Below are positions 1 through 7,909 of a DNA stretch of 12,788 nt, in pieces. Positions within the stretch are counted from its first letter, which is position 1; each line of letters starts with the position of its first letter. The stretch is from assembly GCA_964388035.1 (NCBI GenBank), contig CAYLZE010000135.1:1-12788 (forward strand), written 5' to 3'. Made by a program: the position numbers and the translations under genes. This stretch comes from an uncultured archaeon. Its GTDB lineage: Archaea > Asgardarchaeota > Lokiarchaeia > Sigyniarchaeales > SOKP01. Under the pieces are notes generated by a model. The model saw only the letters and a program-made list of their open reading frames with translations, was not told the DNA's origin and did not search any database.

Positions 1-1
1 A

Positions 2-22
2 ATTGATTTTTCTGAGGAATAA
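2..22 (+). CDS. Possible 3' end of an upstream gene (…IDFSEE*), truncated by the window
   Basis: Frame open from the window edge: ATT GAT TTT TCT GAG GAA TAA, then T-rich sequence. Only 6 codons are visible. Confidence 0.3.
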   Translation: MDFSEE

Positions 23-30
23 ACATTTTA

Positions 31-168
31 TTACTTTAAGTTCAAGAAGCGGAGGAATTTCTCTATAAAAGTTCCAAACACCAGACTAATATAAAATACC
101 GGTCTTCTTAATAATAAAAATCCTTGATTCGAGTTCCTTATTAGAATTCCAATCTTTCTTAAATTCAT
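31..168 (-). CDS. Possible small basic/hydrophobic protein, 45 aa (MNLRKIGILIRNSNQGFLLLRRPVFYISLVFGTFIEKFLRFLNLK)
   Basis: Manual translation: ATG at 168, TAA at 33-31. Too short for the supplied track. Its stop would converge on the + strand stop at 22. No recognisable family. Confidence 0.3.
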   Translation of the reverse strand: MNLRKIGILIRNSNQGFLLLRRPVFYISLVFGTFIEKFLRFLNLK

Positions 169-377
169 GCCTTGGTAAAAAATCGTTAAAAATAAAGGGA
201 AACATCTTTTTATATACTGTATTTAATATACCATTTTCGTAAGGTAAAGTAACTATATTTTTAATCAAATGGAGAATATATTGCATAAATATTTTAGAGT
301 GCTTCATAATATTAATTATTAATAATAGATTGCAGTGACGATACACTATTCCTTTCACTAAAATTGCGAGAAAAGAC

Positions 378-2600
378 TTGGTACCAGTCATTTTAGTGCT
401 TATTTTAATGTTCATTAGCATTGCTTGTCAGAACATGCTCATTCCCTCTTATTCCATCATAATGGTGGAATTTAATGTGCCTGAAGCATACATTGCATTA
501 CCAGATGCCAGTTTTGTTTTGATTAGCGCGGGGTTTGCATTGGTTTGGGGGTATTATACCGATCGCATTAATAGGACGATGGTTATTTTGGCAGGTGCGT
601 TTTCATGGACAATCGGAATGCTATTAACTGCCTTTAGTATTTCGTTCATAATGTTATTATCCTCAAGGGCATTGAGCGGAGCAGGTTTAGGGTGTGTCTT
701 ACCCGTGGGATATTCAATTATATCCGATGCTATTCCACCAGAGGAACGATCCAGTTGGTTTGGAATGCTAGCAATTTTAAGTTCAATCTCGAACGGAATT
801 GGGCAAGGACTATCTTCCTTCTTAGGGCCTTTGTTGACTTGGAGATTTCCCTTTTTATTATTATCGGGGGTGAGTATTTTCATTATTTTTCTTCTATTTT
901 TTATAAAAGTGCCTCAAAGGGGAGCAAGCGAGGATGAACTCATTGATTTGTCAGAATTGAATTTAGAATATCACTATAAAATTTCTGGAAAGGATTTGAA
1001 AGAGATCATAAAGAAAAAAACAAATCGTTATCTAATGATTCAAGGATTTTTTGCGATCATTCCCGGCACGATCTTGATATTTTTCATGCTATCGATGCTT
1101 TCTACTTACTACTTTAACGAATTGCCAAGCATAATTCGCCTTCAAACAGCGAGTATTTTTGCAGGCATGGTTGGCATTGGATATTTATTAGGAAATGCGG
1201 TCCTCTCAAAAGTGGGGGATTTTTTGTATAAAAAAAATAAGGTGTATCGGGCTCGGTTTGCCACGATATGCATGCTGGTCACGGTACCGCTATGCATCTT
1301 AATGTTGTTGTCAATTACTCCTGTGAGCAAAGATTTTGTCCAATCCTTAAATTATCCTCAAGAGATTCCCACTAATGAAATATTCATGTATATTGGAAGG
1401 ACAATTATTGGCGTTTTCATTGCTTATCCCACGTATATTTATTATTTTGTATTTGCGTTGCTTGGTTCTTTCTTCAGTACAGGGTGGGTTTCTAATAAAG
1501 CGGCGGTAATGATTGATGTGAATTTGCCCGAGCATAAAGGTACCGCTACTTCTTTCTTTAGCCTTTCTGAGCAGGTCGGAAAAGGTTTGACCTTAGTGAT
1601 CTCTTTTTCCTTGATCACGCTTTTAGGAACCATTTTCAACATGATGCTTTTTGCGATTTTTCTATGGATTCCTGCGGGAATATTATGGTTTTTAGCTAGC
1701 TTGAGTGTTGTAAAGGACATGAAGGCAAAGTCTCGAATTTTAGCGGAGCGAAGCCAAAATACCATAATAGATTTTATTTTTGAACTCGAAATTCAATTAG
1801 ATCGGGCTATCCAGAAGGTTCAAGATTCAAAATACTATATTGAAAAAGATCATCAAAAATTTAATCGATTATTAAATGATGCTATTAGAATCTTTGAATT
1901 CTGTGAAAATGAGGGGGTTTCACGGAGTATCACTAATATTGAGAAAAAAGCACACATTCTTAAATTAAAAACTCTCATGATTAAACAAGCCGCGAAGAAA
2001 AATTTCCGAGCTCTCAAGAAGGAATCTTTCACTCCGGAAGAAATGAAAAACATTGAAGAAGATTTGAAACAAATAAAATTAAGAATAAGTGAATTCGAAA
2101 AAAGCACCTTCATGGAAATCCAAACTCTTTATGAAGTGGCCTATTTAAAAATTGTGGAAGCGCGCTTATTACGAAAAAATGATTTCATAAAAAGTAGCGC
2201 TAAAATTGATCAAGCAATTACTACCTTTTATCGAGTGAATCAGCTCTTAAAGGAAAGATTGGATCACGTGGATGAGAAGGATTTAACGGAGGAAGACCAA
2301 TTTGTTCGTGAAAAAGAGCAAGAATTTCTAAAAAAAAGTAACACATCATTATTAACGACCCTTAAAATAAAAGAAGAATATGACTCCATACTAAACCGTC
2401 TTGAAAAAATTGGAATTTCAAAGAGTGACTTATCAAAGATTTCGGAATTGACTCAGGAATACAATGTCGACCTATATAAAGTGATCATGGATACCTTTGG
2501 ATTTGAAAATAAGGAAATATCCGTCTTAGAAGAAGTGCTAAGCAAGATAGATGAAATATTTAATCAATACGATACCGTAATCAATTATCCCGTCTTCTAA
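378..2600 (+). CDS. Spinster-like MFS transporter with a long C-terminal helical tandem-repeat extension
   Basis: About 12 hydrophobic segments in aa 1-445. Motif A variant WGYYTDRINR; SRALSGAGLG…YSIISDAIPPEERS; second-half KVGDFLYKKNK and DVNLPEHKGTA. aa ~450-740 are charged and helical. TTG start is uncertain. Confidence 0.9.
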   Translation: MVPVILVLILMFISIACQNMLIPSYSIIMVEFNVPEAYIALPDASFVLISAGFALVWGYYTDRINRTMVILAGAFSWTIGMLLTAFSISFIMLLSSRALSGAGLGCVLPVGYSIISDAIPPEERSSWFGMLAILSSISNGIGQGLSSFLGPLLTWRFPFLLLSGVSIFIIFLLFFIKVPQRGASEDELIDLSELNLEYHYKISGKDLKEIIKKKTNRYLMIQGFFAIIPGTILIFFMLSMLSTYYFNELPSIIRLQTASIFAGMVGIGYLLGNAVLSKVGDFLYKKNKVYRARFATICMLVTVPLCILMLLSITPVSKDFVQSLNYPQEIPTNEIFMYIGRTIIGVFIAYPTYIYYFVFALLGSFFSTGWVSNKAAVMIDVNLPEHKGTATSFFSLSEQVGKGLTLVISFSLITLLGTIFNMMLFAIFLWIPAGILWFLASLSVVKDMKAKSRILAERSQNTIIDFIFELEIQLDRAIQKVQDSKYYIEKDHQKFNRLLNDAIRIFEFCENEGVSRSITNIEKKAHILKLKTLMIKQAAKKNFRALKKESFTPEEMKNIEEDLKQIKLRISEFEKSTFMEIQTLYEVAYLKIVEARLLRKNDFIKSSAKIDQAITTFYRVNQLLKERLDHVDEKDLTEEDQFVREKEQEFLKKSNTSLLTTLKIKEEYDSILNRLEKIGISKSDLSKISELTQEYNVDLYKVIMDTFGFENKEISVLEEVLSKIDEIFNQYDTVINYPVF
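1782..2460 (+). repeat. Two diverged ~111-aa protein-level repeats in the MFS C-terminal tail
   Basis: ELEIQLDRAIQKVQDSKYYIEKDHQKFNRLLNDAIRIF (aa 469) aligns ungapped with EIQTLYEVAYLKIVEARLLRKNDFIKSSAKIDQAITTF (aa 580). IEKKAHILKLKTLMIKQ aligns with FLKKSNTSLLTTLKIKE. Confidence 0.7.
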
Positions 2601-2678
2601 CGAACTATTGATTTTTAATCACATTAAATTCATTAAATTACCAAAACTATTTCGGTTTTTATTTAATGCAATAGTTCG
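2601..2678. terminator. 78-bp inverted-repeat structure between convergent genes (bidirectional terminator or MITE-like remnant)
   Basis: Perfect 10-bp IR CGAACTATTG (2601-2610)/CAATAGTTCG (2669-2678). Inner CATTAAAT/ATTTAATG and AAAAC/GTTTT pairings. Begins at the first base after the MFS stop. Confidence 0.55.
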
Positions 2679-2705
2679 AAAGGAAAAGGATTAAAAGGAA
2701 TTTAT

Positions 2706-3020
2706 TTAATTTAATAATTCTTTTTTCATTTCTCTCTTTAGCATTCTTAATAATTGTTCTTTTTCATTAGTTGTTAATTCATTCGAGGATTTTCCCTTCA
2801 CGTGGAAACGATCAGGATATTCTATTCCAAAAAACAAATTTATCAATAGAATTAAACAGTTTTTTACTGCAATGTATCTATTATTTACATCAGGAATTTT
2901 TTGCTCCAAATCCTTCATTAAATTAATTATGTAATTCCCAATCCAAACTTTTTGCTCATCACTTTCTTTAATTGGACCGTTTGCATAAAAATCCAAAAGT
3001 ATATCGAGACAATCTTTCAT
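2706..3020 (-). CDS. Hypothetical protein, 104 aa, predicted helical
   Basis: ATG-TAA ORF filling the gap between AT-rich spacers; protein-like composition; no family recognised. Confidence 0.8.
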   Translation of the reverse strand: MKDCLDILLDFYANGPIKESDEQKVWIGNYIINLMKDLEQKIPDVNNRYIAVKNCLILLINLFFGIEYPDRFHVKGKSSNELTTNEKEQLLRMLKREMKKELLN

Positions 3021-3167
3021 TTAACTTACTTTTTGAACTTAAATTTTATACTGTAATGGAATGAAAGTGCATTTTAAAAACCCTTATTGGGAAAGATGAT
3101 GATTTAAGTATTTATACTTATCTGTTTTCTAACTAAAATCAGAAACACTAACATGATATTAAAAAAC

Positions 3168-3722
3168 TTAAATTTCAATTTGTCGGGTGAAATCTTCAAT
3201 AGATTGCTCGATTTCCATGAGATCCTCCATATTTCTTATTTCTGAACTTGCCAGTCTGTTAAGAAATTCTTTCAACATTTTTTCTTTATTTTTATCTGTT
3301 GGAAATAGGAGAGAAGCTCGATAATGTTCCCAATCCAAGATGTTAGTAAATATCAAAAATAATTTTTCCATGTGGCTAAATTCTATAAGGCTAATGAGTT
3401 TTTCTTTCGTGAGAATTATTTCAGTTTGATCCTTGTAAAAACTACTCAGATCATTATAATAATTCGTGATGTATGCAATATTATCCAGCTGTGCGCGCAA
3501 AGCAGCTTGATTTATGGGGCTATCTTTATCTTTATACATGATTTCAAAATACTTCATGATGAAATCTTTAAGTTTCTGAAGTTTTGCTTGAAAAACTCTC
3601 GTCTTAACAATGCGTTCGAACATGGGACTACTTTTTGCTTGGTAAAAATTGAGTTCAAACTTCACGATATCAAGGATATCGAAAAATAGCTCTCGTATAT
3701 CAATTTCCTCATTTATAACCAT
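3168..3722 (-). CDS. Hypothetical protein, 184 aa, predicted all-alpha
   Basis: ATG-TAA ORF with SD-like AAGGTG (3738-3733) ~10 nt upstream; amphipathic helical pattern; no family recognised. Confidence 0.85.
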   Translation of the reverse strand: MVINEEIDIRELFFDILDIVKFELNFYQAKSSPMFERIVKTRVFQAKLQKLKDFIMKYFEIMYKDKDSPINQAALRAQLDNIAYITNYYNDLSSFYKDQTEIILTKEKLISLIEFSHMEKLFLIFTNILDWEHYRASLLFPTDKNKEKMLKEFLNRLASSEIRNMEDLMEIEQSIEDFTRQIEI

Positions 3723-3844
3723 ATTTTTTTAACACCTTGAATGAATGTTTCTATCACACACTTATTAAGTATTCAAAGTAATAAAAATATATTATTAATA
3801 GAATAGAAATATTAATAATCTTTATTATTTTTAAATTGATTTTT

Positions 3845-3868
3845 TTGGAGGGAAAGAACTTCCTCCAA
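3845..3868 (-). terminator. Hairpin downstream of the methyltransferase stop
   Basis: TTGGAGG (3845-3851)/CCTCCAA (3862-3868) GC-rich stem in an AT-rich spacer, ~30 nt after the stop at 3900. No U-tract follows it on the minus strand. Confidence 0.4.
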
Positions 3869-3899
3869 TTAATAAGTAAGTAAAGTTACCAATTAACTG

Positions 3900-4637
3900 T
3901 TATCCCCACATAGCTATAATGCTATCGGATTTTTTTGTAATTTTTGTAAATCCTAATTTTAAAAAAAGATCTTTAATGGAGAATTCCGTATATTTCCATT
4001 CTGATCGTGTTTTAAAGGCATTTATTCCGTCGTTATCAATAATCATAAAGTCTAATAGTTTAAATAAAGGAAGAGGGAGGAATTTGAACAAGAAGACAAA
4101 TAATTTCCCTACCATATCATGAGCTTGTATTTCATGTCTTTTAACGGTTATTGGTTCACAGATGATCACTCTTTTAGCATTTTTCTTCGCCAATTCAACG
4201 AGTTTTAAATGATACGGGATGACATGGTGAAGGATATCGCATAAAACGATAACATCTTTCCTTTCCCGGAAGCGATTCCCATCATGATTGAGAGCAAAAA
4301 TGTTTTTTTGCCTTAAAATAACTTTTTTAACCCTAATTCGCCCTTTCTCCCAATCAGTCCTTATTTTTCTTAAGAAGATATGATTCAGATCCCAACCTTC
4401 ATAAATCATGCTGGGATGGAGATAACGAGCCAAAAATCCCGTGCCACAAGGCATATCCAATACATGCATTCCGTTGTTCTCATTATCCCTGCCATTTCCA
4501 ATAAATTTTGCAATTACCGAGTACTTACCTTTTTGATCGTATAGTCGTTGCGTTAAAAAGTTATAAATCATTCCATTTCTATAAACAAGACTTCGAAACC
4601 GTGTTTTAGTAAGTTTAGAAATATCCGTTAAGCCCAT
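3900..4637 (-). CDS. Class I SAM-dependent methyltransferase, substrate unknown
   Basis: Motif I VLDMPCGTGFL, acidic post-motif YEGWDLN, DVIVLCDILHHV, and VIICEP. Confidence 0.9.
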   Translation of the reverse strand: MGLTDISKLTKTRFRSLVYRNGMIYNFLTQRLYDQKGKYSVIAKFIGNGRDNENNGMHVLDMPCGTGFLARYLHPSMIYEGWDLNHIFLRKIRTDWEKGRIRVKKVILRQKNIFALNHDGNRFRERKDVIVLCDILHHVIPYHLKLVELAKKNAKRVIICEPITVKRHEIQAHDMVGKLFVFLFKFLPLPLFKLLDFMIIDNDGINAFKTRSEWKYTEFSIKDLFLKLGFTKITKKSDSIIAMWG

Positions 4638-4667
4638 TTCTTTAATAATCCCTAATCGTTACAAAAG

Positions 4668-4691
4668 ATAATTATTGCAATAACATGTTAT
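4668..4691. promoter_or_regulatory. Overlapping palindromes upstream of the methyltransferase (candidate operator)
   Basis: ATAATTAT (4668-4675), TTATTGCAATAA (4672-4683) and ATAACATGTTAT (4680-4691) are each perfect palindromes, 31-54 bp upstream of the ATG at 4637. Confidence 0.4.
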
Positions 4692-4725
4692 ACTCTAATA
4701 AACGTATCGTTTTGGATGGACCGAA

Positions 4726-5673
4726 TTATTTTTTTCTCGCCGTAATTTTGTTTATAAGAAGTCCTTTCAAATGGATTTTAATAACTCGAAAAAGGCTTTG
4801 AATCATGAACCGGAGGTCTTGAAATGGCTCCCGCCTGAGCGATAAAAACTTTAAATAATATTGCTGTGCTCTTCTTTTTGACCTAATTCTTTTCTCTAAA
4901 AACAAGAATCTTTTTACTATTTGTTCTAAAGAGATAGTATCATTAAATCCATAATAGTTGGAAGCTCTTAATGCCCATTTAACTGCTTCTAAAGTATATT
5001 TGATGGGATTTAATTTTTTAAAAGGAATTATCCCTAAAGCGAAGAGAGAGATAAATAAATTCATTATTATGCTTTTTAACATGTCATGCGTAGGAATTTC
5101 AATTAATTTTTTCACATCTTTTCTTAAATCCTTGCCATAAAGGATTGTACTATTGTCTATCACGCTACTAGTAACGATATTTTTAGGAGCGAATATATCA
5201 GAAAAGATTTTATTAACTCGGAAAATTTTCGAGAAGTTAATTTCTTCCCAATACTTTTGTTTTGTCAGGAAATGGCTTATAAACATGCCCGTGGTGCTCT
5301 GGAGCACGCCAAGTATTTTTTTAAAAATTTTGGAGTTATAATCATAAACGTTAAAATTATGTTTTATTTCAAGTGCAATAAAATAACGTTCTATTTCTTT
5401 AATATGGTGCTCAGATACGCGATCCTTAAAAATAATTAATAAATCACAATCAGAAAACATGGAACAGTTATCTGTATTAGATTTTTGACTTCCGAATAAC
5501 ATTATAGATAAGATTTTATTGATTCCTATTTCCCTATTGATTAATATGATAATGTCTTGGATATATGCTCGGGACCTTGGATTTAATGAGCATAAACTGG
5601 AGTTAATAGTTTTTCTAATTTCTTGATTAGTCTTCAATAAGTCTGCATCTTCCAATTTTAATCTTTTTACCAA
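4726..5673 (-). CDS. Pol-beta superfamily nucleotidyltransferase-domain protein with a C-terminal helical domain
   Basis: SIMLFGSQ…FSDCDLLIIF is the hG[S]…DxD signature; STILYGKD at the end of the NTase domain; TTG start; very basic. Confidence 0.85.
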   Translation of the reverse strand: MVKRLKLEDADLLKTNQEIRKTINSSLCSLNPRSRAYIQDIIILINREIGINKILSIMLFGSQKSNTDNCSMFSDCDLLIIFKDRVSEHHIKEIERYFIALEIKHNFNVYDYNSKIFKKILGVLQSTTGMFISHFLTKQKYWEEINFSKIFRVNKIFSDIFAPKNIVTSSVIDNSTILYGKDLRKDVKKLIEIPTHDMLKSIIMNLFISLFALGIIPFKKLNPIKYTLEAVKWALRASNYYGFNDTISLEQIVKRFLFLEKRIRSKRRAQQYYLKFLSLRREPFQDLRFMIQSLFRVIKIHLKGLLINKITARKK

Positions 5674-5769
5674 GTATCTTAAATATTTAAAATGTATTTC
5701 ATGGAAAAAAATTGATTTAAAATTAATTATAATATTTTTTTATTGCCAGCATTCAAGAATTTTAAAGTA

Positions 5770-7782
5770 TCATATACTATTTCCCGTTTTATATCCTATA
5801 TCAACAGCTTCCATTACGGTTTGAGGATTTCTCGCATCACCCACATTTTTTATATCAAACGTGCCCATGTTCCTAATTTCGTTTGCCAGCTCATCATTGG
5901 GTTTTACTCCTGTTGCATAATAGACATAGTCTATTCCACTTATTTGTTGATCAGCACCTTGGGGATCGAGATAATTTACATAATTTGAACCGATCTCAGT
6001 AACCTTAACACTAGTCATCATTTTTACCCCATAAGCTTGACATTTATCAAGGAGAACCCATTTAGTTGTTTTACCCAATGCAGAGCCCAGTTTGGGAAGC
6101 ATTTCAAGAATTGTGACTTTATTTCGACCCTCATGTAGCAATTTTAATGCGACTTCCGTATCTAACGCATTATAAAAGGTTAGAAAATCAAAAGCTTCTA
6201 CCGTTAAGGCCCCGTATTTGGCCAAATAAATGGCTAATTCAACCCCCGTGGCACCACCACCAATAACAACATTATTTTTCCCAACGGGAGCATCTCCACT
6301 TAATGCATCATTAGCCCAGAAAACATGCTTCTGCTCTATTCCCTTAATGGGAGGCTTTATCGGAATAGCGCCCGCAGCATAGACAACGAAGTCGGGGTTG
6401 AATTCTTTTACCATATCAACTGTTACTTGGGATTCTAAATGAAGCTGGATTCCTAATTTCTGAATCCAATAGTTATAATTATCGATCATTCGATGAAATT
6501 CATAACGACCTTCAGGTTTAAGAATGATGTTGATTAATCCACCAATTTTATCATTTTTTTCAAAAATATGAACCTCATGTCCCCGAATGGCTGCTACTCT
6601 CGCTGCTTCCAAACCGCCCGCACCCGCACCGATGACCATTACCTTTTTTTTCTTTTTAATAGGCTTTAACTTCGTTCTAGCTTCCTTTCCAGCTCGAGCA
6701 TTTCTCAAGCAAGTAATGGGCATCATTCGAAACACGTTATCGAAACATCCTTGATTACACGCAACACAATTCATGATGTCTCTTACTTCTCCTTTTTTGG
6801 TTTTCATCGGTAAATAAGGATCGGCAATCAAAGGCCGTCCCATACACACAGCATCTGCTTTACCTGCTTGTAATACTTGCTCTGCCAATTCAGGTGTATT
6901 GATTCTATTTGAAGAAAATATAGGAATGGACACGTTTTTCTTGATATTTTCTGCTAAATAGGTATAGCAGCCAGGAGGGACGTCCATGGTCAGTTGAGGC
7001 GTTTTAGTTTCATGCCAGCCACCTGTCACATTAAAGTAATCCAAATATTCTCCTAATCGCTTGGCAATCACTGCTTTTTCTACATAAGTATTGCTCCCCG
7101 GTACAAAATCATCACCAGAAATACGATATCCCATAATGAAATCCTCTACTTTGGATCTCATTAATTCTATGGCTTCAATAGGAAATCTTAAACGATTTTC
7201 TAGTTCTCCTCCATACTTATCGGTGCGTTTATTAGTCTTTGGAGATAAAAACTGATCCATCAAGTATCCCGCATTAGCACATATTTCCACGGCATCAAAT
7301 CCTGCTTTCTTTGCTCTAACTGCCGCAGAAGCGAATGCTTGTTGCTCGCGAGCAATATCTTCCAAGGACATTTCTCGGGGAGTAGTCTTGCTGAATTTAC
7401 TATAGACGGGAGATGGAGCAATGGGTGTCTTTCCAATAATCTGAGGAAATGCATAGGCTCCTCCATGATATAATTGACAACACACTTTTACATCATCCCG
7501 AGTGTTATGAAGTTCGGTAGTAAATTCTGTTAGCTTGGGTATGTATTGATCATCATCGACTGCTATCATGCTTGGTAATCCTTTACCATAGATATCTACA
7601 TAACAGCCCCCGACAATAATCAACCCAGCACCCCCTTTAGCCCTTTCCACGTAAAAATCAGTTAATTTACTGGTGATAAATCCATTATTCGCCAAGTTCA
7701 AGTGCATTGCCGGCATTACAATGCGATTGGAAATCTCTAAATTCTTGATTTTTAACGGAGTGAACAATTTAAAGAATTTCAT
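5770..7782 (-). CDS. fadH: 2,4-dienoyl-CoA reductase-like NADH:flavin oxidoreductase (OYE barrel + 4Fe-4S + FAD/NAD(P) domains)
   Basis: SNRIVMPAM, RAKGGAGLII, GFDAVEI…GYLMDQFLSP, NKRTDKYGG, GWHE, Cx2Cx3Cx11C (CVACNQGC…ITC), VIGAGAGG, VIGGGATG, LGKTTKW. Substrate inferred from the family. Confidence 0.88.
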   Translation of the reverse strand: MKFFKLFTPLKIKNLEISNRIVMPAMHLNLANNGFITSKLTDFYVERAKGGAGLIIVGGCYVDIYGKGLPSMIAVDDDQYIPKLTEFTTELHNTRDDVKVCCQLYHGGAYAFPQIIGKTPIAPSPVYSKFSKTTPREMSLEDIAREQQAFASAAVRAKKAGFDAVEICANAGYLMDQFLSPKTNKRTDKYGGELENRLRFPIEAIELMRSKVEDFIMGYRISGDDFVPGSNTYVEKAVIAKRLGEYLDYFNVTGGWHETKTPQLTMDVPPGCYTYLAENIKKNVSIPIFSSNRINTPELAEQVLQAGKADAVCMGRPLIADPYLPMKTKKGEVRDIMNCVACNQGCFDNVFRMMPITCLRNARAGKEARTKLKPIKKKKKVMVIGAGAGGLEAARVAAIRGHEVHIFEKNDKIGGLINIILKPEGRYEFHRMIDNYNYWIQKLGIQLHLESQVTVDMVKEFNPDFVVYAAGAIPIKPPIKGIEQKHVFWANDALSGDAPVGKNNVVIGGGATGVELAIYLAKYGALTVEAFDFLTFYNALDTEVALKLLHEGRNKVTILEMLPKLGSALGKTTKWVLLDKCQAYGVKMMTSVKVTEIGSNYVNYLDPQGADQQISGIDYVYYATGVKPNDELANEIRNMGTFDIKNVGDARNPQTVMEAVDIGYKTGNSI

Positions 7783-7909
7783 GATGTTTTTCCTAATTAT
7801 TATTATTTAAAATTAAAATAATTAGTTGCTTATTTTATTAAAATTTTGTTTAAGATTAATTTTAATGATGATTCTCTAAGGAAATTGAAAAAAGAGGAAA
7901 AAATAAATA

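Noticed and set aside
86-421. 111-aa minus-strand ORF as called in the track
   Set aside because: Its 5' part overlaps the MFS start head-to-head and runs through an AT-rich promoter-like spacer; not credible at this length.
554-2113. Antisense and alternate-frame ORFs inside the MFS gene
   Set aside because: Fully nested in a well-supported CDS, no motifs; shadow ORFs.
2601-2678. Canonical SECIS element
   Set aside because: No AUGA/GA core with an apical AA loop, nor the archaeal GAA/A motif with a GC clamp, could be fitted.
3096-3150. C/D-box sRNA (ATGATGA at 3096; also at 7865)
   Set aside because: No CTGA D box on the same strand at a suitable distance.
4726-5673. MNT-HEPN toxin-antitoxin or CBASS cyclase
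   Set aside because: No adjacent HEPN RNase (Rx4-6H) or CBASS effector gene; the neighbourhood looks metabolic.
5740-5772. Genome-wide TGA reassignment (most genes here end in TAA)
   Set aside because: The FadH-like gene ends in TGA at the family's normal C-terminus, and Trp is encoded by TGG; TAA bias fits the low GC.
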